Source: Chrysomallon squamiferum (lineage: Eukaryota; Animalia; Mollusca). From it: a stretch of DNA of 64,000 nt. Shown here piece after piece: positions 21,723 through 34,856 of this stretch. The stretch is taken from positions 6,820,001 through 6,884,000 of the forward strand of contig CM022672.1 in the NCBI GenBank assembly GCA_012295275.1. The letters are read 5' to 3'. A program made the position numbers and the translations under genes. Under the pieces are notes generated by a model. That model saw nothing but the letters and a program-made list of their open reading frames with translations, was not told the DNA's origin and searched no databases. Position 1 is the first letter of the stretch; every line of letters starts with the position of its first letter.

Positions 21723-22857
21723 TATTTCGTGTTTTTTTTCATCTTGGGCTGAATATTTTTTGATTTTCCAATATTATTTTGAAAATAATTTTTTTAAATT
21801 CATAAGCATTGTTATAATCTGGTTAATGTCAGATGGTGTCTGTGGATTACCTTTATTCATTTAATGTATTATTTTATATAACTTAAATTAGCATTTCTTT
21901 TTTTTTTCTTTTTCTTTGGATAAATAATGGAAATGAAATTGTGTTTATATGCATGGTTGTATCGTTTAATGCATGCACTAAAAAAAACTATAGTTGATAA
22001 ATGACCCAGCTCCTAGATTTATTCTGTGAACATTTTGATAGAGCTTTTGTGAAACTTCAAAATCTGTATTATTTGAATGCACTGGAATGTTTTCATTATA
22101 AGGCAATAGCTACAATTTGAGGTTTACCCCAAAAATGAAAGGCACACTTCTGATTCAAAAATTAAACTAGAGAGAGTTAAGTGATACATCTTCTTCTCAA
22201 CAGTGTTTGGTAACAACAAATTTAGAAATAACATTTATAACAGTAATCTACATTTCAAAATTGTTACTTATTTTATTATTATTTGTTTGTTTTTTTTTTG
22301 TTGTTTTTTTTGCTGTCCAGTTTTATTTTTTTCTGTATAAATAAAATGCAATCTTTTGCGTTAAATATGAACAGAGTAAAACTCCAAGAAATGAGAAGCT
22401 TTTGAGGTGAAAATTAAATGAAATTCAAAGGTGAAATAAAATAATCCAGATAAAAAAGAAGAAAAAAAAAAAAAAAACGGAAGAAAGGCAATGTGATAAT
22501 ATTATGGCTGATAATTTACAGACATATAGAAATATACATTAATAATAAAAGAGTAAATGTAATGTAACAATATCAATTTATCAACATCAATGTGAAAAGA
22601 AATGTTTAAAAGATAATAAATACATCACACGCACACACACACATATACACACACACAGACACACACAGAGAAAATGTATTTAGAGTGTGTTGAGAAAAGC
22701 TTTAAGAGACTAGAATATATATGATACTATAAGTGAAATTACAAATTAATAAATAAACAACACACACACATTTATGTAGAGCAGTATAATCAAAAAGCTA
22801 AATGAAATAACAGGAAAATATATCTAACAGAAACACTGTTAGTCTGGCGATTTTATT

Positions 22858-23844
22858 ATTTACGGTCTAAGGGGAATAACTCTATTTTAGGCCAAACCGC
22901 CTGATAGGAATATTGAATGCACGCACAAAACAATAAAAAAATATATATAAATAAAACAATCAAACAGATAACTAACTAAATAAATAAATAACCTAGCATA
23001 TTTAAAAAATAATAATAATAATAATAAAAAAAGAATAAAAATAAAAGAAGCGTAAAAATTATAGGAAATGAAAACAAGGAAAAGAATGTACCTTTACGGT
23101 CTAAAGGGAATAACCCCATTGAAAGCATAATTTGGGACTAATTTATAGAATTGTCAGAGGTTGTTATTCAGTTTTTGTTTTGATTTTAAAAACTGAAAAT
23201 GATTGTATTTAACCCTTTATTTTGTAATTCATAACCTCTTTTATATTATTTTATTCTTTTATTTAAACCTACATAATTTAAAATAATCTTAATTATTTTT
23301 TGTTGGCTTAATTTTGTTTGATTTTTAGATTTTAAATATTTATAACTATATATAATCTAAATAATTCAGCTGGAACTGTTTAAAACAATATAAACAACAA
23401 CAAAAACCATTTGGGTCGTAACTCATGTAATGACACATTATTTGGAAACACTGTTACAGTTATCTCCCTTACATCATTAGTAGTAGTAATAGTAGTAGTA
23501 GTAGTATAGACAACAGCAGTATTTGCTGCATAGTAATAGTTGTCACAAAAGTTGCAATATTGTCGGCAGAAATAGTAGAAGATGGTTTCTGTAATTGTAT
23601 TTTTCGTTTCCAGTATTTCCGTAATGTAATATTATTTAGTTTTTATAAGAAGAAAAGAAAATACAGAAATCGTTTATTTAATCATTATATATAAATAGAT
23701 AGATATGCATGTAAATAAACAATTAAAAAAGACAAAAGAGAAAGATTGATAACTTTACCCATTTTACTACAGGCATTACCAAAACGCTTCTTCTACTTGT
23801 TGTAGTTTCCTTTAAATAGAGTTATTCCCCCTTAGACCGTAAAT
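22858..23844. repeat. 30/31-bp inverted repeat pair about 985 bp apart, with an internal third partial copy
   Basis: atttacggtctaaggggaataactctattt (22858-22887) versus aaatagagttattcccccttagaccgtaaat (23814-23844): reverse complements except for one extra G. Third copy tttacggtctaaagggaataac at 23093-23114. Confidence 0.85.
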
Positions 23845-23904
23845 TTAACATTTTGGCAGTTAATCAGCATTTTACAGCAGATAAATTTACCACACTTAAT
23901 GTTA

Positions 23905-23907
<3 letters not shown>

Positions 23908-23986
<79 letters not shown>
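23908..23986. repeat. (ATT)n microsatellite
   Basis: Directly visible. Confidence 0.95.
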
Positions 23987-25369
23987 CAGTGGACTTCTTC
24001 ATTTTTTCACCAGTTCTAGTATATTTGTCTGTTTGAAACAAATTCAGCCACAGCACCTGTTGTACATGTATTATTTTCATTTACACATTTTATTTATTCA
24101 GCCAATTAGATTCCGCAATAAAACAAAATAAAATATAAAGATGTTGTTCCATGACAGATTGAAACGTACATTTATTTCGTTATAGAGACTTTGAGGAAAC
24201 TAACTGGTAATGAAACATTTCAGGGAGCCTTGCTAAATCAGGTTAAAGTTTGTCACTTCAAACACAGCAGCATAAGGAAAAGAACGGAATTAATGTTCGA
24301 TCAGTTTCAAAGAAAAGAGATAAAGCAAATTACTGCTAAAAGTCTTTAGCTTTTACAGCCGCTCTAACTTTATAAAATAACCGTGTGTTAGTAACGACTT
24401 CTTTCTCCAGTTCAGCGTTGACGTGGGACACTGGGGGAGAGCACGAGCATTGTAACTGAAAGCAGACTTGTCACTCCATTCTCCTTCATATCGACTTTTC
24501 CCTGTCTAATGTGTTTTAAACTGGCAGTTGCAACAACCAAATAAAATTCAGTGTTTAGTAATTATTTCTGGCGACTTTAGTGCATCTCCCGAAATAGAAA
24601 AAATTGAAGAAATCGTTTCCACTTTTGCTGTTTTCAGAAACTATGGAAAAAAAAAAAAAAAAGAAGAAAAAAAAAAAAAAAAAATAGCAGACACACAAAC
24701 ACACACACACACACACACACACACAAATCAGCCACAAACAAGCAAACACACATAAAAAGATGAGCGTAAAAAAGCAAACAAACAAAAAATAACAAAGAAA
24801 CAAAATAACAACAACAACAAAAATAATAATAAAAACAAAATAACAACCAACGCAAAACAAAAGAAACAAACATCCCCCCCAGCTAAAAAACCCCACAGCA
24901 ACAACAACCAAATACACAATAAAATACAAAAATGAAATATATAGATTCCCTGAGTTGTATCGCTGGAAATTAGTGGACACAGAGGTTACAATATATTCAA
25001 CATGTAATGTTATTATTCTAACTAACTTCCACAGGTAAATTAGATAACTCGATGTATTAATCTTTCTGTAGAAACAAATTATACTCACATAATTATGATG
25101 TATGCATTTACCCAAGCAGATTTAATTACTTCTGATATACACTTTGAAAATTTGTATATTAAAACAAAAAATAAATAAGTATAAATCTATAAAAATGAAA
25201 CACAAGTAACATTTTCTAAGGAATACAACAATGTATTTAATACATAATTATACCTGTAAATATTTCTTTACAAAATTTACATTTCCATATTTCTTATAAT
25301 AAATTCATGTGATTACTAACTAACTAATTAAATAACAAAAGAAAAGAAAGGAAGAAAAAACCAGTATGG

Positions 25370-25407
<38 letters not shown>

Positions 25408-25900
25408 CTTCTCACAAATCTCGTTTCTTAGCTCATTACTGGCATTGAAAACATACATACAACTTTCGCAGAAAAACCTACTTTAATAACCGATTCGTTA
25501 AAATAAAAAATGTTCGATAAATTACAAATGTTTCGTGTTTTGATATAATTTTTGTTTAAGGTATCGTAAATAATTATACTTTTCAGTTTATATGACGTTA
25601 AGTCGTTTTATTTTTGTTCAACTCATTTGAGAATAACGTTACATTACGCAATAGTTTCGTGCTAGTGGACAGAAACGATCAAATTAGAGTTAAACTGTTA
25701 ATTAATTATTTATCTTTACGTTTGCGTACTTGGAGTAATGAGATAGTGTTGTTTAAAAACAGTTATTCATTCAAAGCCTGTGAGAATGATTTGAGTATCG
25801 TTTTTTGATTAATCAGGTTTATAAATAATAGTAGTAGTAGTAGTTGTAGTTGTAGAACTCCTACTCTACTACTACTATTGCTAATAAGAAGAAGAAGAAG

Positions 25901-25933
<33 letters not shown>

Positions 25934-27387
25934 AACAACAGCAACAACAACATAAGACGTTTTGGCTATTGTTTATAAAACAGAATGATTATCAACATTT
26001 CCTGCGATTACAGAATCATTAAAAATAAACAAGTAACAATAATACATTATCAACCAAAAGTTCACATTCTCTATATATTTATATTTTTTCTTTCTATAAA
26101 AGAAGAAGAAAAAGAAGAAGGAGAAGAAAAAGAAGATGAAGACGAAGAAGAAAAGAGAAGATTATCATTACTAAAATATAGCATTCAGTAAGATTAATTT
26201 TTTTTTTAATTTTTTTTTTTTTTTTTTTTTTTAAATGTCATCTAATATCATCTGGAATAAAATCTTGTGAACTACATGATTAAAAATTCTGGGAGTAAAG
26301 CAATAATTAATATATATAGAGTAAGATTAGACACCAACACCTTCACATGTATTCTCAAAATTTTAAATATTAATTTTAGCAAACGTTTTTGTTCTATATA
26401 CATCTCATATTTCCTTGAGAAGATAAAAAAGTTATCGATTTTACACTCCAAAGAATAAATTTGTCTCAGAGATTTTTCAACATCATCTTTTATTTACCAG
26501 AGATAAGACTTGGGAGTATGAATAAAGAGAGATAGCAGACTGCTTTCATTATTTGCCTATTGATATTTTCAACTAATGGACGGCTGTCGCCAGACACGGT
26601 CACTTCCAAACAGTTTGCAAAGCAAGAATTCCGGTCGTCCATCTCCATAAGCAAACGAACGAGGTAACTAATAAAAGATTTTTAAAAAAACGAAGAATGT
26701 GAAATTTTCGCTGTGTGAAAGTGTGGGTCGTAATAGGTTTTAGTGAAGAGAAACTTCTAGAAAGCTTTTTCTTCATTTTTTATGCGCTAAAATTCAAATG
26801 ATAGTTGGAGTATTGCAACAAATTTACTCTCCCATCCTCCCACATCTCACAAAGAAAAAAGGAGAAGAAGAAGAAGAAGAAGAAAAAAAACAAAATTAAG
26901 GTTGTAAAAAGAAATAAAGGAACTGAACTGCTTGGGGAAATGGAAAAATATGCAATCACACGCAATCTCTAGTGCGTGGAAAAGAACTGCAATAAATTCA
27001 TCCATGTTGTCGAAGTCTCTAAACTGAATGGTCATATTACTTGATTTTGCATTCTATCGATATCCCATTCTGGCTCGTATTAACGTCAAATTTCTTAATT
27101 TTCTCAAAATGTTTATTGGAATGAGGTCACGGATGTCTGAGACCATCAGATCGATAGCGGAGTGAGGCCTGGCGAGAGACCACGGGTCTTAATTTATTGT
27201 TGATGTTACATGACGGGGCTACGAATCGTACAGCCGGGACACAGCTCAGTTTTACATCCAACTGGAAATGTGAAACATTTCAATCAAACCCTTTATTACT
27301 TCGCTTACAGTTAACACTGATATCCTGCCGTGAACAGAAAACAAAAACGTGACGAGAAAGACGCAAACAGTCAAAATATTAGCGATT

Positions 27388-27390
<3 letters not shown>

Positions 27391-27470
<80 letters not shown>
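27391..27470. repeat. (AG)n microsatellite
   Basis: Directly visible. Confidence 0.97.
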
Positions 27471-27474
<4 letters not shown>

Positions 27475-29728
27475 GTTATAAAAAAAGAAAAACGCTAAGC
27501 ACAAAGAGAAAATCAAAGCAAATGCTGAATTATATTTTCGAGAGAAAAAAGAATTTAGCTACGCATCGCCATTTTTCTGTTTTTGGATTTAAAGTTAAAG
27601 GACATCGAATAAAGAAAGTTATTCATTTTTGTCATGTCCTTTTATTGCATCTGTTAAAAAAACGTATTCAGACAACTATTGTTATAATCAGTGTGTAAAG
27701 AAAAAAATAATCATCACTTTTTACCACAAAATATTTAGTTAGACTTTCTGTGAAATTAAATTCATATATTCATATTATTAACTGTACTTTCAAAACTACA
27801 GCGAAATATTTGCGAACTGGGTAAAAACAAGGAAATTGAATAAAATTCAAAATAACAAATAAAATTTAAAATAAAATGTAACAACTACACCAACAACAAC
27901 AGTTGCGGCAAAATCAAAACAACAATAAACAACGAAGAAAGACATTAATCCGACAACTATTCAACGAAACAGCCATCAACAAGCCAGACAAACTAACCAA
28001 CTCACAAAGAAACATAGCCAATAAATAAATGAATAAAAAGGCGAAAATTTAACGATCTCATAAAGCGAATGTCGGTTTCCTTAATACAAACGAGTTTTTA
28101 GTTTCGGGAAGAGACAGAGCAGAGTTTGATAACATGAATCTCAACTTCTTGACAAATCGTTGCTGTTGACGTTTGCAAATAAAGATCACACATTGATGGA
28201 TGACGTTGTTACTAATCTTAATATTGCTAAGTAAAACTGTTGCCAGAAAGCTCTTCTTTGAAGTGCAAACGATTTGTATTTATATTTATATATGGTTTAA
28301 GTTATTGATATAATAGTACATGACGATAGTCTGAAAAATGTTCATTATGATTTATTTGTTTTATCCTTGACAGAAGAAAACTATATAACAATAATAATGA
28401 TTAAAAAGAATGATGATGACGACGATAATGATTATAGTAATAAAGGAAGGTGCATACTAAATATCAGTCGCTGCTGATGGATAAAATGGTTCAAAGGGTC
28501 TTTGCATCAGGTTTCTTCTAACAAATCAAAAATATTCCCTAGATAAAAAAAAAAAAAAAAAAAACAATAACCATACTTCTAAAACGTAGGTGGGTTTAGA
28601 TGTCCTTAAAGAAGCTATTTTATTCACTATTTGTAAATCTTACGCCAGGGAAACTGGACTCAGAACTTTTAAAGTAGGATATGAAAAATTATATTCACCG
28701 AGACGCGCAGTTAAATACTAATACAAAGAAAATAATGACGGTCATCACGACTGGAACTCGAAGACGTCTCTTTGACATAATTCTTCAGACATAATTCCGA
28801 GAACGGGGATCCAAGTCATCGGACGAAGCCGCCGCTTAATTCAAACATAACATCTTGAGAAAAGGCTTAGACCATTAAACTGCTCAGTGATCAAACGACC
28901 ACGGGACCAAATGATCAAAGAAAGATAGCGCCACTGATCAATGCATTTTAATGGCCACGGACCTTATCGCATTAGCATCTAGCTTGTGGTCAATTACTCT
29001 GATGTTTGTACACTGTTTGGCCAGATTACAGTGTCGAATACACAGATCTGTGTAGTGATATTTATATGACCTTTCACACATTACTTTTAAATATATAAAT
29101 ATCTGTCGCTACGTTTCTCTACTTTTATTTATTTATTTATTTATTTATTTATTAAAACTTGTTTTTGTTAATGTTGTTATTGCCGTTCTACGTATTATTC
29201 TTAATATTCTTCTTCTTCTTCTTCTTCATCTTCTTCTTCTTCTTCTTTTTTTCTTCTTCTATGATTTATTATTGTTGTTGCTGTTGTTATTTATTTATTA
29301 CTTTACAAGTTTCATATCAGGCTAAAGCCACGGATGCTAATTCAAGACATTTATACAATAAAATAAAATAAAATAAAATAACAGTTAAATAACAATTAGT
29401 TTACGCATATTTCGTCATCACTATTTAAAAAATACATTCTTCGTTACACGTCGTCGTACCTGATGACGTCATAAATATTTGCTTAGTAACGCAAAAGCAA
29501 CGTTAATTCTGAATTGTGTTGCTACTTATCAACTGGAATATTTATCGTCAAAGACATTTTGACTGAAAAAAGGTAAGTCATATTTAGTTTATTAATTTGG
29601 TTTCTAAATGAAATTTGTTATTAGAATTGAAAAAGATTCAAAATTTAAAAATTATATACAAGTTAATATTCTTTTATTGATTATTGCATGTTACTACCAT
29701 TGTTACTGTTCTTGTTGCTCATGTTGCC

Positions 29729-29781
<53 letters not shown>

Positions 29782-30061
29782 GATTATTATTGGTGTTGTT
29801 GTTGTTGTTGCTGTTGTAATTGTTATCTAATCAAACGGGATATATAAAATAACCATCACAAACAAATCTATATGTTAATGCTGACAGAAAAAAATTACTA
29901 GTAAATCTTTTCGCTTTTACTTACTTACAAACTTACTTAATTAATTAAAAAGTAATTTTGCAATTCATTTAGGAATTTGTGCCAAAAATGAGATTGTAAT
30001 TATGCTTAGTAAAACTTAATAAAAGTTATGACATTATCTGATATTTCTGTTTGTATCGTAA

Positions 30062-30150
30062 GCCTTCGTGGCCTAATGGATAAGGCATCGGCCTCCTAAC
30101 TTCAACTAGAAGGCAGCCGGGGATTGCGGGTTCGAGTCCCGCCGGAGGCT
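30062..30150 (+). tRNA. trnR-CCT: tRNA-Arg (anticodon CCT) with a 16-nt intron at 30099-30114
   Basis: Acceptor stem GCCTTCG/CGGAGGC; D arm GCCT-AATGGATA-AGGC (A box TGGCCTAATGG); anticodon stem TCGGC/GCCGG with loop CT-CCT-A^A; T arm GCGGG-TTCGAGT-CCCGC (B box). The spliced form resembles metazoan tRNA-Arg(CCT). Confidence 0.93.
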
Positions 30151-30152
30151 CA

Positions 30153-30161
30153 TTTTCTTTA
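30153..30161 (+). terminator. RNA polymerase III oligo-T terminator of the tRNA gene
   Basis: TTTTCTTT begins 3 nt after the discriminator base. Confidence 0.65.
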
Positions 30162-30974
30162 TTACTTTTATTATTAAATGACAGCATTTATTTTCAATTC
30201 ATTTTTGAGATACTTGTTAAAAGAATGTTCGCAAACTGAAAAAAACAACAAAAAAGCTCATAAATATACAACTTCACAGATGACAGTTGTCCTTACGTAA
30301 GTTACAGTTATGTTCAATGTATATGTAATGTGTGTGTATAGGTGTAAATGTATGTATGTATGTATGTATGATTGTGTATGTTAAAGACAGAGAAATAGAA
30401 ATAAACGTGTGAATAGTGATTCGATTTAGTGTGGTTTTTTGTTGTGTAAAACGTCACAGTACTGGAAGAGTGGGCGGTTGTTAAATGGCAGCTAAGTAAA
30501 CTGAACAATTGTATTAACTACTTGTTGAACAAACAGTTGTCAAAGCATTGACCAGCTTTTGTTTTAACAAGTCTTCAAAACTATACAACAGTTCTCGACA
30601 ATGTTTGCCGTTAGTTTCTCTTTACACAGAAATATGACGACGATGTTTTGTGTTAAATATTTACCAATTCATACACTGCCACCGACATCAAGCGCTGTTT
30701 GCTTTTACACAGAGAACACTGATTTTGTGTGAAGTTCTTTTCTGACGCTATTCGATAACTGTTATTAGAAGTGAAACGAAGATAAATATGAAATCTTTCT
30801 TGTCTGAGATCGTTATGAAGCAGAGCGCACAGTAATACATGTAATAATTAATACAGTTTGTAAAGACATGGGTGTAAAATAATCATGTTATTGTATGGTT
30901 ATACTTATAATAAACTAACCACGGTCATTAAAATGTAAGCAACTGTAATCTTTAAATGGTAAATGAAGAACTAC

Positions 30975-31215
30975 GCATATACATATATACATACATACAT
31001 AAATATAGACAGGCATAATTACATAAATACATACATACTTACATACAGATACATAAATACATATACAAAGATATGCATACATACATATTTATATACAGAT
31101 ATATAAGTACGTACATACGCATACACATACATATCCATACATACATACTTACATACAGATATATGAATACATACATACGCATATACATAGATACGTAAAC
31201 ATACTTACATACGTA
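30975..31215. repeat. Degenerate (ATAC)n simple repeat
   Basis: Recurrent acat/atac tetramers. Confidence 0.85.
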
Positions 31216-31717
31216 AGTAAATATAAGCTGAGTTCTTGTTTTTCACAGTTACACTGGTGCAGAGTAATTATTTTTGAAATGATTATTTTTGTATTTACGA
31301 TACGTGGGAAAAGGTTTATAAGAAATGACCATCTTAGCTCATATCATGTACACCTATTTTAGAGAAGAGTGGTGGGTGAAGTCACTAAAATCATTAATTC
31401 TCCTACTAAACTGTCTGCAGTCCGTAGAAGATGTTTTCCGTTCTCTAAGGCGACAGTATATTTTTAAATTCTTCTCGACATGATCGCACGAGAATTATTT
31501 TTTTTCAATTCACTCGACTCGAAAATGAAAATCAAATAACTTTGTATTATGTATATTAAAAAGGAAATTCCAGCATGCGCGTCAGGCATCAGGAAACTCC
31601 TGTCACAACTCCACCTCTCTCTTTAACCAGGAACAGCCAGAGGCTTGTTTATCTCTTTTATTGTGAGTCATTGATATTAATATTACCATTACGAACCTCG
31701 CAACCATGAAGAAAAAG

Positions 31718-31754
<37 letters not shown>

Positions 31755-32199
31755 CCTTAGTTTTGAAAAATCTTTAAATTCGTTTACCGTTTTATGATTT
31801 TAGCTTCTAGCGTAAATAAAATTTAAATTTTCTTGCTGAAAAAATTGTTTGGAAAACACTTCACTCATCTGTTCTTCTTTTTTTTTTTTTCAGCGCTTGT
31901 GAATGTATTTGTATGTGGGGTTTTTAAGTGTAAATGTGTGAGCTTACATTTTTACTTCATTTTCATATTTCAATTTTTTTTTTTTTTCATCTACTATTCT
32001 TATTTTACATTTAAGAATTCTGTTAACATTTTGCAATAAATGTATTTCTAACTTAACTGAGAAAAAAAGATTGGTGAAAATGTCTTTTGTGGATTTTATC
32101 TCTATTTGAAATGAATTATTTGATTAAATATTTTTAACTGTTTTAATTGCACTGAATGCACATCTAAAGGAGTATGTTTGAATATCAGAAAATAGATTT

Positions 32200-32318
<119 letters not shown>

Positions 32319-32879
32319 TTTAATTTAAAACTCTGGTACCAATGATACGGAAATGCTACATTAATCTTGTAGGAATGGTTTGTAGTGACATGATTAATAA
32401 CAGTGACTAAGATGTTTCTATCTGACACTATTAACTAGAACCACAGTAACACTTTAACGCTAAACTCACTTATATCAATATGTGAGATCATTTGGACTAT
32501 TTAATACCAAACAAATCACTGCAGACAGCCTACAGTTCCTGGTTTAATGAGACTTTACACTGCGCCGACATTTGCTGAAGAAAATTATCTCTGTTTACTA
32601 TTTAATGTTGACAATCCAAGCATCTTAAAAAACCCGTCCATCACACATCATTGCTAACAACTGTACAATTCCCACTAACCCAGTGAACTGTTTCACCCGA
32701 TCTAACCAAAGCAGATAAAACTGACCGTCTGTAATTAATCTGAGAACTTATGACCTAGCTGACCAGGTTGGCATCTATCACTGACCATTAACATCTTCGT
32801 CTTATCTTTACTTTGAATACTCTTTATTGATCAGTGATCTGACTGTATCAAAGTCGTTTCTTTTATACCCAGCTTCTGT

Positions 32880-33260
32880 ATTTGTGTGTGTACGTATTCA
32901 TGTATATGTGTGTATATGTGAGTATGTGTGTCTGTATGTATGTATGTATATATGTATGTACGTATGTACGTATGAATAGTTGTATGTATGGTGTAAAATG
33001 TATATATATATATATGTATGTATTATGTATATATGTATGTATATATGTATGTATGTATGTATGTATATATGTATGTATGTATGTATATATGTATGTATGT
33101 ATGTATATATGTGTGTATGTATGTGTAGGTTATGTATGGTGCAAAAATGTATGTATATACGTATGTATGTATGTATGTATAGTTGAGTATGTATGTACTT
33201 ATGTGCATTTGTGTATGTCTGAATGCTTTCATTTATTTGCATATATGTGTCTGTCTCTGT
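32880..33260. repeat. Degenerate (TATG)n/(TG)n simple repeat
   Basis: Directly visible; source of several spurious C/M/Y/V-rich ORFs. Confidence 0.9.
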
Positions 33261-34681
33261 ATTTTTCTGGTAACGGTTATCTTACTCTTCGATTAATTCC
33301 TGGAAGAAGACAGACAAAAGACATTCTTTAACATGGCCAAAGTTATCAAGTATCTACTGCTGGAACGAGTAAAATGAAATTTAAAAAATAAAAAGAAGAA
33401 AAAAGCAACACCCCCTAAAAAAACAAGTAATAATAATGATAATGATGGTGATGGTGATGATAATAGTAATAATAAGAGGATTAGTAAAAAATTTCGTTAC
33501 AAAGTCTTCATGAAGTGTTTTTGTTTTGTTTTGGAAGGATACTGGATCGCTGTCTATAAAATTATTCTTTCATATTTTTTATCATTAAGCGGTGGTTAAT
33601 TTATCAAACTGTCCAATCCAGTTCAACAGTATGGCACTGCCGGAGACACACTAGAAATCTTTGTCATTTATACTCGAAATCGTGAGACAGATTTCATTTA
33701 TCAAATTCTCTGTAAAAAGTTTCTGCTGCGATGTACTAAAGGACCAAACGAATATAAACAGCATCAGTGAGAAAATCTTGTTTTGTTATTCAGTTGGCTC
33801 TAACAGCGGAAAATTTCGTTTTCGTTTTGCCAGTGGAGATGAATGATAAAGATGACGTCTTCACTTACCATCATGAATTCAAGGACCATTGTTTTGTCAT
33901 TGATTTTTACAAGAACCTGATCCGGATAAACATCTAAAATACATTTTTAAATCTCCTTTATTTAAAATCAAATCTCTAGTAAAACATATTATGCCGATTG
34001 GGATCTTCAGTATCGATTAATTCGCTAATATGATTTGACGTTTTGTTCCGCATTTTCAGTTTTCAGTGAGTTTAACTGTTTTATTACTCCCCCAGTCTAT
34101 TATTCCTCAATGTTTAATAAGAATAAACTATCAGAAGTGGAGTTTTAATCCACTTTAAAACGTTTATAACTTTATAAAATAGAATTAGTAAACATATATA
34201 TGTGTCTGTAAGTCTGTATAAAGCTTTGACTTACCTATGTTAAAATCTGTCTTAACTTTGTAACACATAATTATTAACTGTATTTCAATTTTGTCTCTTT
34301 TTGAGTGTGTGTGTGTGTGTGTGTATGTTATGTATGTTTGCCTCTCTATATATATGCATGTTTGTATGTATCTATGGATGCATGTTTATATCTGTGATAG
34401 TACGTATGTACTTATATTCTATGTTAGTATGCACGTACGTATGTATTTGTATATCTATAGGTTGCATGCATGTAGGAATATTTACGGGTGTAAATCTGTG
34501 TATATGAATCTAACCGCAATAAATATTTATTACTTAAATAATACAGTTAATTAAAAAAACTATTCTCTTATATTTTAAACGTATCATCATACAGAAACTA
34601 GAACTTAGTGCAGAAAGTTAGCTTGAGGAGAGGATTAGACTCACAGCGCCCTGACCGATCCTCCTTGTTAACTGAGGACAC

Positions 34682-34856
34682 CAGTACTGACACTAAAATC
34701 AGTACTGACACTAAAAACAGTACTGACACTAAAATCAGTACTGACACTGAAACCAGTACTGGTTTTAGTGCCACTGAAATCAGTACTGACACTAAAACCA
34801 GTACTGACACTAAAACCAGTACTGACACTAAAACCACTACTGACACTAAAATCAGT
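34682..34856. repeat. 18-bp minisatellite (cagtactgacactaaaaN), about 10 copies, one with an inverted segment
   Basis: Palindromic core cagtactg recurs about every 18 bp. Confidence 0.95.

Noticed and set aside
22001-22120. Short plus-strand ORF MTQLLDLFCEHFDRAFVKLQNLYYLNALECFHYKAIATI
   Set aside because: Only 39 aa, with no recognisable homology or supporting splice pattern.
30862-30873. 12-nt match to miR-71 (aaagacatgggt)
   Set aside because: The mature 5' and 3' ends do not match and there is no convincing precursor hairpin.
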